Shown here in pieces: positions 51,412 through 64,000 of a DNA stretch of 64,000 nt. Made by a program: the position numbers and the translations under genes. The stretch comes from an uncultured cyanobacterium (GTDB lineage: Bacteria > Cyanobacteriota > Cyanobacteriia > Cyanobacteriales > Nostocaceae). The notes under the pieces are model-generated. The model was not told where the DNA came from. It did not search any database and was given only the letters and a program-made list of their open reading frames with translations. Within the stretch, counting starts at the first letter, position 1, and every line of letters begins with the position of its first letter. The DNA lies in assembly GCA_963804415.1 (NCBI GenBank), contig CAWDQH010000032.1, positions 132,435-196,434 of the forward strand. Direction: 5' to 3'.

Positions 51412-52413
51412 ATGAGTCATAGTCAAGATAACAAAAGTTTAAAAAATCGGCAGATTGATTCGCAGCTAATACCAAGAAACTTTGAACAAGCTATTTCGAT
51501 GATTAAAGAATTTGCTTTTGCAGAGGTTGAAAAAGAAGTAGAAAAGAAGCAACTGCATTTTCATAATTATGCTCATGCTGAAGCTGTTAGACGCAGAGCA
51601 GAAATAATATTTGATGCGATTGAACCTTTTTGGCATAAGATTTGTCAAGAACCAGTTTTATTGGATAGCAAGCGAGCTAAATATTTAATTGAGATTTGTG
51701 CTGCAAGTCATGATATGGTTCAAGAGTTTCTACCTTTAGAATCTCCTCAAACTGCCAGACAGCGAGAAACTGGAGTCAGCGAAAATGCGACAATTGAGAA
51801 GTTAATTGATTTTATAAAACAATTAAATACAAAGTTTATAGCTCAAAATCCTGAACTTCCTGCTTTATTTACTGAAGCAGATTTGCAAATAATTCGTAAT
51901 TCAATTTCGGCTACAATTTGTCTGCTTGATACTAACGATAATTCAATTTATCAACCAGATTTATACAACTCAGAACAACAAATAACCTTACCAGCACGGA
52001 TAATTGCACTAGCAGATATTGGTGGATTGGGGATAGATGGAATTCCTGCTTATTTTCAGGAAGGTAGTTTGATATTATTAGAAGAAAATCTTGATATTAT
52101 ACCTTTAGTTAAAGAATTTGTTGCGGAAAAAGAGAACAAGAGTAATAACAAAGAAGTATATGAAAACCTTAGACAGCGACTTTTAAAAAGAGCTAAATTT
52201 CAGATCAGCTTTGCTAAAGGGCGTTATGCCAGGTTGAATAAAGAACTTGAAGGTTTGCCTATAGAAGTGGTTTCAGCATTAAAGGAAAAAGTCTTTAAAC
52301 ACCTCGACGAGCAAACAATTCAAGAAATAGAAGCTTTGACACCGACTGCTGCTGATACAAGTCTGGAAAAATTGATTGAGTTTTTTGAGCTAGACAAGTA
52401 TATTCATAACTAG
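51412..52413 (+). CDS. HD-superfamily putative metal-dependent phosphohydrolase
   Basis: FHNYAHA..V, AASHD, IIALADIGG motifs. Confidence 0.6.
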   Translation: MSHSQDNKSLKNRQIDSQLIPRNFEQAISMIKEFAFAEVEKEVEKKQLHFHNYAHAEAVRRRAEIIFDAIEPFWHKICQEPVLLDSKRAKYLIEICAASHDMVQEFLPLESPQTARQRETGVSENATIEKLIDFIKQLNTKFIAQNPELPALFTEADLQIIRNSISATICLLDTNDNSIYQPDLYNSEQQITLPARIIALADIGGLGIDGIPAYFQEGSLILLEENLDIIPLVKEFVAEKENKSNNKEVYENLRQRLLKRAKFQISFAKGRYARLNKELEGLPIEVVSALKEKVFKHLDEQTIQEIEALTPTAADTSLEKLIEFFELDKYIHN

Positions 52414-52447
52414 CGTTCAATCAGTCAAGTATATTACCAGTTTGTAT

Positions 52448-53917
52448 ATGGAATGGCTTCAGCAACTCGGGCAAAATACTCTGGGATTTTTCCAGACTTT
52501 ATACGAAACAAAACTTTTTGAGTTGGATGATGGTGAGCCTTTTACTTTAGGTTTATTCATCCAACTAATTTTTTATGCTGGTATTGCTTATCTTGTCGGT
52601 AGTATTATCAGTCGCTTAATTAGTAAAACTATATTGAGTCGATTCAAGATTGATAGAGGTACAAAAGAAGCGATATCCTCAGTAATTGGTTACTTAATTG
52701 CTGGAATTGGATTTGTAATTGTTCTTACAAGTGCAGGAATCGATCTCAGTTCCTTAACAGTTGTTGCTGGGGTGTTGGGTATTGGTATTGGTTTAGGATT
52801 TCAAAACATTGCCAGTAACTTTATTAGCGGTATTACACTATTATTTGAACAGCCTTTAAAAGTCGGTGATTTAGTAGAAGTTGATGACTTGAAAGGAATT
52901 GTAGAAAAAATTTCGATTCGTTCTACAGTTGTCCGTACTTTAGATAATGTATTTGTAATTGTCCCCAATCAAAAGTTTATCGAAAACAATATTGTAAACT
53001 GGAGTTATCGCGACGTAAAATGTCGAGTTCATGTGCCAGTTGGAGTCGCATACGGTACCGATACAACCTTAGTGACAGAAGCACTTTTAGCAGCAGCGAG
53101 AAGACACCCCCGCGTGTTGCAGCAACCCACTCCTAAAGTTTGGTTTAAGGAATTTGGTGATAGTTCTTTAAATTTTGAATTATTAGTTTGGGTTGACGAT
53201 CCACCAAGTATTCCTCAATTTACAAGCGATTTAAACTTCTCTATCGAAGCAGAATTAAATCTCCGGGATATTAATATTCCTTTCCCACAAAGAGATTTAC
53301 ATCTTAAAAACCCTCAAGACTTAATTCCAATATTTCAAGCTGCTAATAATTTAAAAGTTTCGCACAGTGATAGCTCAGTTAACTCTACAGAAGCTGAAAA
53401 CACCGATTCCAAATCTTCAGGAATTAAAAGTTTAGCAGATTTACTCCGTCAAATTAGTTTTTTCCAAAACTGCACTCCCAGACAAATTCGAGAGTTAATC
53501 GAACAGGGATACAGACAAATATTACCACCAGAACAAGTTATCTGTCATGAAGGCGACCCCGGAAACTCGTTTTATGTTATTCTTTCTGGTTCGGTAGAAA
53601 TCTATTCCGAGAAACTAGGCAAACATATTGTAAACCGCCATGCTGGAGAATTCATTGGTGAAATGGCGCTATTAATGGGAATTCCCCGTTCTGCCAGTAT
53701 ACGTACAAACGAGCAAACAACCTTATTTTTAGTAGACCATACAAACTTGCAGAAGCTATTATCTAATCATCCAGAATTAGCAGACCAAATTTCCGCAGAA
53801 CTTGCAACTCGTAGCGAATCTCTTGCAAGTATGGGAATTTTACCAGAGAAAATCGACTCCGAACAAGGTATGTTTACATGGATTCGTCAGCGGATAAATA
53901 CCTTATTTGAAATATAA
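52448..53917 (+). CDS. MscS mechanosensitive channel with C-terminal cyclic-nucleotide-binding domain
   Basis: GIGLGFQNIASNFISG, IVPN, FGDSSLNF, IPFPQRD; EGDPG..FYVILSGSV...GEMALL..IPRSAS. Confidence 0.93.
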   Translation: MEWLQQLGQNTLGFFQTLYETKLFELDDGEPFTLGLFIQLIFYAGIAYLVGSIISRLISKTILSRFKIDRGTKEAISSVIGYLIAGIGFVIVLTSAGIDLSSLTVVAGVLGIGIGLGFQNIASNFISGITLLFEQPLKVGDLVEVDDLKGIVEKISIRSTVVRTLDNVFVIVPNQKFIENNIVNWSYRDVKCRVHVPVGVAYGTDTTLVTEALLAAARRHPRVLQQPTPKVWFKEFGDSSLNFELLVWVDDPPSIPQFTSDLNFSIEAELNLRDINIPFPQRDLHLKNPQDLIPIFQAANNLKVSHSDSSVNSTEAENTDSKSSGIKSLADLLRQISFFQNCTPRQIRELIEQGYRQILPPEQVICHEGDPGNSFYVILSGSVEIYSEKLGKHIVNRHAGEFIGEMALLMGIPRSASIRTNEQTTLFLVDHTNLQKLLSNHPELADQISAELATRSESLASMGILPEKIDSEQGMFTWIRQRINTLFEI

Positions 53918-53920
53918 TTT

Positions 53921-53992
53921 GTATGGTGTACAACGGCTACGGTTAATTATTAAATACAACGAAATAAATTTATTTTGCCGTCACGCACCATA
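53921..53992 (-). repeat. About 72-bp REP-like dispersed element (copy 2)
   Basis: Reverse complement aligns with 2441-2512. Confidence 0.7.
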
Positions 53993-54276
53993 TCTTTTCG
54001 GTATTAAAAAATATCTCAATTTATCTCTATACCGATATTGAATTACGACAGGATTAATTTCTTGTCCTGTCAAACCCAACCTACAATTTTTATTAAAGTG
54101 TAATATCCCTTACAAATCGCACCCTAAAAACAAAAAAATATTCCAAATTGTATTCTAGTATCATTTTAAGCTAGTTTTTTTTTGCTATAAATATATTCAA
54201 TAACAAATAGTCATACATTGATTAGACTTATTTCTCTGTCAATTCATTGACTTCTCCTTAACTTATTATTTCGATC

Positions 54277-54636
54277 ATGTCTGCTGGATTCCCAAGCCCC
54301 GCGCAAGATTATTTAGATGGCAAACTTGATTTAAACACCTATTTGATCGAGCATCCAGCAGCAACTTTTTTTATGAGGATGAGCGGAGATGCAATGGTTA
54401 ATGCTGGTATTTTTGATAATGATTTATTAATCGTCGATCGCAGCATTGAACCTCAGAATAATTCTATTATTATCGCCGTATTCAATGGTGAATTAACGGT
54501 GAGAAGAATTATTAAAACTCAACAAGAGATATACATTGAAACTAAATTAAAGGAATCCAATATCAAAATTACAGAAGATATTGATTTTACTATTTGGGGT
54601 GTAGTTACTAAAGTAATTCACGAATTACATAAGTAA
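54277..54636 (+). CDS. umuD: UmuD-like protein (S24 fold), N-terminally short and lacking the catalytic dyad
   Basis: [44 protein letters not shown]; stop overlaps the umuC start (TAATG). Confidence 0.9.
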   Translation: MSAGFPSPAQDYLDGKLDLNTYLIEHPAATFFMRMSGDAMVNAGIFDNDLLIVDRSIEPQNNSIIIAVFNGELTVRRIIKTQQEIYIETKLKESNIKITEDIDFTIWGVVTKVIHELHK

Positions 54637-55910
54637 TGTCTCAAATCATCGCTTTAGTTGACTGCAACAACTTTTATTGTTCTTGCGAACGTGTTTTTAA
54701 TCCCAAATTAGAAAACCGCCCAGTCGTAGTTTTATCTAATAATGACGGTTGTGTTGTAGCACGTTCCAATGAAGCCAAAGCATTGGGTATAAAAATGGGC
54801 GAACCTGCTTTTAAATTGCGGGAATTTCGCGAAAAATATAATCTGGCAATCCTCTCTTCAAATTACACTTTGTACGGCGATATGTCCCAAAGAGTAATGC
54901 AGTGTTTGGCTGAATATACACCATCATTAGAAATTTATTCGATTGACGAAGCTTTTCTCGATTTTAGTGGTTTTACAAATCAAGATTTAACTGCATACAG
55001 TCGCGTAATTAAGCAGAAAGTTCAACAGTATACGGGAATTCCTATATCCATCGGAATTTCTACTACCAAAACTTTAGCAAAAGTAGCTAATCGTATTGCC
55101 AAAAAATCTAATAAAACCAAAGGTGTTTTAGATTTAGTTAATTCTCCCTATCTCGATTTAGCTTTACAAAGAACTGAAGTAGGAGACGTTTGGGGAGTTG
55201 GAAGTTCATATACAAAGCTATTAGAAAAACATAATATTCATAACGCTTATCAACTAAAAAACTCCGACCAAAAATGGATACGCAAAGAACGCGGTATAGT
55301 AGGTTTGCGGACAGTTTTAGAATTAAATGGTACAAGCTGCATTCCATTAGAGGAAATGCCAGATTCTAAAAAATCAACCGCAGTTACCCGCAGTTTTGGC
55401 AAAGCTGTTGAAACTTTAGAAGAATTACAAGAAGCGCTTTCTAATTATGCTTATCGTGCTGGTGAAAAATTACGTCAAAGCCAATTAGAAGCTGCGAGCA
55501 TGACAGTATTTTTCCGCACAGGAAGCTATGATAAAACTCAACCTTACCGCAGTTGGGGAACCACAGTAAACTTTTTCTCCTGCACCAACAATGGCCGCGA
55601 ATTAGTAAATAATGCCCGAAAAGTTGCAGAAAATCTATTTGAATCCGGATATAAACTAAAGAAAGCCGGAGTGATTTTATTGGGATTAACACCTGAAGGT
55701 GAAAAGCAATTATCTTTGTTTGAAAAGAGCGAATCAGACAAGAAACGCTCTCAAGAATTAATGCAAGTAATGGATACAATTAATCATCGTTACGGACGCA
55801 ATACTATACAGCTCGCATCATCGGGAATACATAAAAAATGGCAGATGAAAGCCGATTATAAATCGCCGAAATACACTACTAGCTGGGATGAATTACCTAA
55901 AGTAGGGTGA
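54636..55910 (+). CDS. umuC: Y-family DNA polymerase V catalytic subunit
   Basis: [47 protein letters not shown]. Confidence 0.95.
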   Translation: MSQIIALVDCNNFYCSCERVFNPKLENRPVVVLSNNDGCVVARSNEAKALGIKMGEPAFKLREFREKYNLAILSSNYTLYGDMSQRVMQCLAEYTPSLEIYSIDEAFLDFSGFTNQDLTAYSRVIKQKVQQYTGIPISIGISTTKTLAKVANRIAKKSNKTKGVLDLVNSPYLDLALQRTEVGDVWGVGSSYTKLLEKHNIHNAYQLKNSDQKWIRKERGIVGLRTVLELNGTSCIPLEEMPDSKKSTAVTRSFGKAVETLEELQEALSNYAYRAGEKLRQSQLEAASMTVFFRTGSYDKTQPYRSWGTTVNFFSCTNNGRELVNNARKVAENLFESGYKLKKAGVILLGLTPEGEKQLSLFEKSESDKKRSQELMQVMDTINHRYGRNTIQLASSGIHKKWQMKADYKSPKYTTSWDELPKVG

Positions 55911-56024
55911 TAGATTCGTAAGAGATTTTGCCTTTAAAGCCAAAGTTATTAAGCAAATATAAATTTGTATTTTTATTTACTTCGATACTGGTATAATCTT
56001 TTCAAAATTTACATACAGAGAAAA

Positions 56025-56798
56025 ATGCCACTTACTAAACGATGTTTGGCTGAGTTTATCGGTACTTTTTGGCTGGTATTCGGTGGATGCGGTAGTGCAG
56101 TTTTAGCTGCCGGATTCATCGCCGATGCTGCAACAATCGGTAACGAAATTGCATTCCCTCTGGGGATTGGATTGGTAGGTGTTTCACTGGCATTCGGTTT
56201 AACTGTAATGACAATGGCTTACGCTATTGGACATATCTCAGGTTGCCACTTAAATCCGGCTGTATCCATCGGTTTAGCAGTCGCGAAACGTTTCCCTTCG
56301 AGGGAATTGCCCATGTATATTGGCGCTCAAGTATTTGGTGCTGTAGCGGGTGCTGGAGTCTTAGCATTCATAGCTACAGGCAATCCTGAATTTAATTTAG
56401 TTACTAGCGGTTTTGCAGCCAATGGTTTTGGCGAACATTCTCCAGGAAAATATACCTTATTATCTTGTTTTGTTGCTGAATTCATTTGCACCTTCATGTT
56501 TTTAATGATTATCTTAGGTGCAACAGACAATCGCGCTCCAGCAGCTTTAGCGCCAATGGCAATTGGTTTGGGTTTAACTTTAATTCACTTGATTAGCATT
56601 CCTGTTACCAATACATCTGTTAATCCCGCTCGCAGTTTAGCACCAGCTTTATTCGTCGGTGATTGGGCGATCGCACAGTTATGGTTGTTTTGGGTAGCCC
56701 CAATTTTAGGAGGAATTGCAGCGGGATTCGTTTATTCCAATGTTTTTGATGTTCCAACAGTTGAAGTAGAGAGAGATTTATCTGAAGTTAGAGGCTAA
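56025..56798 (+). CDS. aqpZ: Aquaporin Z
   Basis: [43 protein letters not shown]. Confidence 0.97.
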   Translation: MPLTKRCLAEFIGTFWLVFGGCGSAVLAAGFIADAATIGNEIAFPLGIGLVGVSLAFGLTVMTMAYAIGHISGCHLNPAVSIGLAVAKRFPSRELPMYIGAQVFGAVAGAGVLAFIATGNPEFNLVTSGFAANGFGEHSPGKYTLLSCFVAEFICTFMFLMIILGATDNRAPAALAPMAIGLGLTLIHLISIPVTNTSVNPARSLAPALFVGDWAIAQLWLFWVAPILGGIAAGFVYSNVFDVPTVEVERDLSEVRG

Positions 56799-56870
56799 TT
56801 TTTGAAGTTTGATAATAAGTGTTGTTGAGTATCTAGGCTAGAGAATCAGTTTCTTAAATTACATTTTTTT

Positions 56871-57096
56871 TGTAGTGCGTTTGCGTAGCGTGTCCGCTAG
56901 GACAAGCATCTTGCGCGCTATTTTAATTTAATTACCATTTAATAACCGCAGAGAGCGCAGCGTTAGCGAAGCGTGTCCGACAGGACATAAAGTGTGATCT
57001 TGGGGGTTTCCCCCATGTGAGCCGGAGGCTTTCTCGTTAGCGGAGCGTGTCCGATAGGACATAGAGAACAACTTTTCAAGAGAGAGAGCGCGGAGG
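56871..57096. repeat. Nested cluster of small dispersed repeats and REPs
   Basis: Three copies of GCGT(T)AGCG..CGTGTCC-NNN-AGGACA plus GCCGGAGGCT and GGGGGTTTCCCCC elements interrupting a REP and an AACCGCAGAG repeat. Confidence 0.75.
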
Positions 57097-57207
57097 TAAG
57101 AAAGCTATAGAGAGATTACCGTAAATAAACTGAGATAGATACAAAAAAAATACACAATACCGAAGCTAACCGCTAGTATAAATAAAATCCTTTATGTCTC
57201 CCCTTTC

Positions 57208-61717
<4,510 letters not shown>

Positions 61718-61841
61718 GTGAGGAGTGAGGAGTTATGAGTTATGAATTCAAAACCTTTGACCTTTAGTCTATTCAATTGTCATAAAGCTAAATCAGTTAA
61801 AATAAAAATAAGACCTGTGAAGTCAGTTTAAAAGAATAAAA

Positions 61842-62112
61842 ATGAAAACTGCTAAATTAATACAAATGATGACAATCAAACAGTAGTTTTACCAGCAGAA
61901 TTCAAATTTGATGGAAATGAGGTTTACATTAAAAAGAATTGGGAATGCTATTGTTTTAATCTCTAAACAAAATCCTTGGAAACGCTTTTGTGAGTTTAGA
62001 ACTATTTTCTGAGCTAACGAACTTACACATCATGTCGAAAGTAGTGGATACCTTGAGATTTTCTTCACCATGAACCTGATATCTACACCTTATCAGATGG
62101 GGAACCAGTTTA
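61842..62112 (+). pseudogene. VapB/AbrB-type antitoxin 5' part joined to the C-terminus of a different antitoxin-like gene; frameshifted
   Basis: MKTAKL...QTVVLPAEFKFDGNEVYIKK..GNAIVLISKQNPW, then ...FLHHEPDIYTLSDGEPV* abutting the toxin ATG. Confidence 0.55.
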
Positions 62113-62469
62113 ATGACTTTAACCAAAGGTGATATTGTTCTGGTTCAATTTCCATTTACCGATTTACAGTCAGACAAAGTTACGTCCGGCTTTGATTTTA
62201 GTACTCAAACTCTACAACTAATGAGATTACTCAATGCTTTATTTCATCTCAAAGATATAAATAACTTAACTCTAGAACGAATTTGCAATCAAAGATTCAG
62301 ATGAGAGTTTGTAACTGATACTGGTTTACGAATTTCATCAAAAGTTAGCGGTAACTCGAATCGCTAACACTGAACAATTCACTTAGTTGTTAGACATTTA
62401 GAAAAATTAGAAACTCAATACATGGAGATTTTGAATAAAACTCTTAAACAAGCTTTTCAATTGAATTAA
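62113..62469 (+). CDS. PemK/MazF family toxin, frameshifted
   Basis: MTLTKGDIVLVQFPFTDL..KLRPAL; later fragments AFISS, TGLRISSKV, LKQAFQLN*. Confidence 0.75.
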
Positions 62470-62491
62470 AGCCAAATCGCCTAAAATTGTA

Positions 62492-62514
62492 CCCTCTCCT
62501 TAATAAGGAGAGGG
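62492..62514. terminator. Perfect hairpin between convergent genes (terminator or REP-like)
   Basis: ccctctcctta-a-taaggagaggg. Confidence 0.55.
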
Positions 62515-62528
62515 CTAGGGTGAGGTTT

Positions 62529-62948
62529 TTACTTCTCCACTTCCAACCCCCCATCCCTCCAACCAGACATATCACCTTCTAAGTGCAAAACTTCAGTAAA
62601 ACCAGCTTTTTTCAAAGTCTCTTCAGCAATATTTGCTCTTACTCCTCGTTCGCAATAAACAATTATTTTATCCTTTTTACCCAAATTCCTAACTTCATCA
62701 ATCCGAGATGGTAATTTCATGATTCTATTTTAATTTGCTCCCGGAATATGACCTTGTAAATATTCCTCAGAAGTACGTACATCTAGAATCACGGGTGCTT
62801 TATTTACTTTAATCAATTCAACTAATTCGGCTGAATTAATTTGCTTATTTGCAGCAATTGTACTGTTACAGGCAGTAATATTTATACAAACAATAAGCAC
62901 TATAAGTAACAATACAAAACGCTTATAAATAGTTTGTAATAACTTCAT
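62529..62948 (-). CDS. Rhodanese-like sulfurtransferase with lipoprotein-like signal; frameshifted near 62725
   Basis: ILDVRTSEEY..GHIPGA in one frame; IIVYCERGVRA...HLEGDMSGW in the next. Confidence 0.85.
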
Positions 62949-63107
62949 TATCAATCACCTTAAAAAAAGAAAACCAGCAAAAAAACTGTTTAAACAAACA
63001 TAGCTTTAATTATTGTGTTATTCACAACTGCGCTCCAATAAAATTAAGTGCTATTGTTTTCAAAATTAATTTTAACTGCTAATTAGCATTGGGATATATA
63101 TATAATT

Positions 63108-63791
63108 ATGTTATTTCGTCAGCTTATTGACTCCGAATCAAGTACCTATACTTATTTAATCGGCGATCGCCATACTAAACAAGCAGTAATTGTAGACTCG
63201 GTGTTAGAACAATTTGAACGAGATACAAATTTATTAAACGAACTTGGATTAAATCTACGTTATTGCTTGGATACTCACATTCATGCCGACCACATTACCG
63301 CTACGGGAAAACTCCGTCAAGCTACTGGTTGTCTGAGCATTTTACCGAAAAATTCTAAGGTGAAATGTGCCGACAGTTTTATACAGCACGGACAAGTATT
63401 GCAAATTGGTGCAGTCACCTTAGAAGCAATTTCAACTCCCGGACATACTAACAGCCATATGGCTTATTTGATCAACAACACTCACTTATTAACCGGGGAT
63501 GCTTTATTTATTCGCGGTTGCGGAAGAACCGATTTTCAAGATGGGGATGCAGGAACTTTATACGACTGCATTACCAAAAGATTGTTTACCCTACCCGACG
63601 AAACCTTAGTTTATCCCGCTCACGATTACAACGGATGTACGATGTCCACAATTGCGGAAGAAAAACAACTAAATCCCCGATTTGCTGGAAAAACCCGCGA
63701 TGACTTTATTAAATTTATGGAAAATCTAGATTTACCCTTCCCCCAAAAAATGAAACAAGCAGTACCCGCAAATCGGAATTGTGGAATGTAA
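63108..63791 (+). CDS. Persulfide dioxygenase (ETHE1-like MBL-fold hydrolase)
   Basis: FRQL.D.ESSTYTYL, THIHADHIT, TPGHT, GDALFIRGCGRTDFQ, YPAHDY, AVPAN..CG. Confidence 0.92.
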   Translation: MLFRQLIDSESSTYTYLIGDRHTKQAVIVDSVLEQFERDTNLLNELGLNLRYCLDTHIHADHITATGKLRQATGCLSILPKNSKVKCADSFIQHGQVLQIGAVTLEAISTPGHTNSHMAYLINNTHLLTGDALFIRGCGRTDFQDGDAGTLYDCITKRLFTLPDETLVYPAHDYNGCTMSTIAEEKQLNPRFAGKTRDDFIKFMENLDLPFPQKMKQAVPANRNCGM

Positions 63792-63832
63792 TTAGACATC
63801 TCGGAAATTAAATAAGCGTCACCCATAAACCT

Positions 63833-63862
63833 TGTAGAGACGCGATATATCGCGTCTCTACA
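63833..63862. repeat. GTAG-type REP-like perfect palindrome
   Basis: tgtagagacgcgatatatcgcgtctctaca. Confidence 0.9.
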
Positions 63863-63934
63863 TCTGTTTCGGAGCTGTCAGTTACAGTTAACGCACTACC
63901 TTAGATAAATTAAATTATTTTTTAAAATTCTTAA

Positions 63935-63972
63935 TTCCCCCTCTCCCCCTCTCCCCATCTCCCCTCTCCCCC
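63935..63972. repeat. Octamer tandem repeat (TCCCCCTC/TCCCCATC)
   Basis: tccccctctccccctctccccatctcccctctcccc. Confidence 0.75.
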
Positions 63973-64000
63973 GACACATCGTCATATATTAAGAAATATA

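Noticed and set aside
54120-54276. LexA box upstream of umuDC
   Set aside because: The best match (tgtattctagtat) deviates from the cyanobacterial RGTAC-N3-DGTWC consensus.
56871-57096. Possible CRISPR array (three similar ~28-bp repeats)
   Set aside because: Spacing is irregular, the spacers are themselves known repeat types, and no cas genes or leader are present.

Overview
AT-rich chromosomal segment of a filamentous, probably heterocyst-forming cyanobacterium (Nostocales; Rivularia/Calothrix-like by gene content, many HIP1 GCGATCGC sites, heptameric STRR tracts and GTAG-type REP palindromes). Housekeeping genes (pilT 3' end, RNase II/R, rpmG-rpsR, typA, proS, accB-efp, purN, aqpZ) alternate with accessory blocks. 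These are a two-partner secretion pair, TetR-RND and TetR-DevBCA exporters, a MITE-laden protealysin/emfourin locus, a glutaredoxin-tandem-AhpD fusion, a DUF6878/DUF6915 pair, an eroded AraC/SnoaL/cupin/ABM cluster, a hybrid kinase-adenylate cyclase / HD-hydrolase / cNMP-MscS trio, umuDC, a NACHT-WD40 NLR-like gene, toxin-antitoxin remnants and a rhodanese/persulfide dioxygenase pair. The best candidates for new biology are three. (1) A UmuD that starts three residues before the normal cleavage site and lacks both autoprotease residues (S60A, K97R equivalents), i.e. a natively pre-processed UmuD'. (2) A possible make/break/sense cAMP module tied to a mechanosensitive channel. (3) The Grx-AhpD-AhpD fusion. 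Several genes carry frameshifts, very dense at about 59.7-62.8 kb, which look like long-read consensus errors, so pseudogene calls are provisional. No rRNA, tRNA, CRISPR array or transposase was seen. All family assignments are by motif recognition, without database searches.
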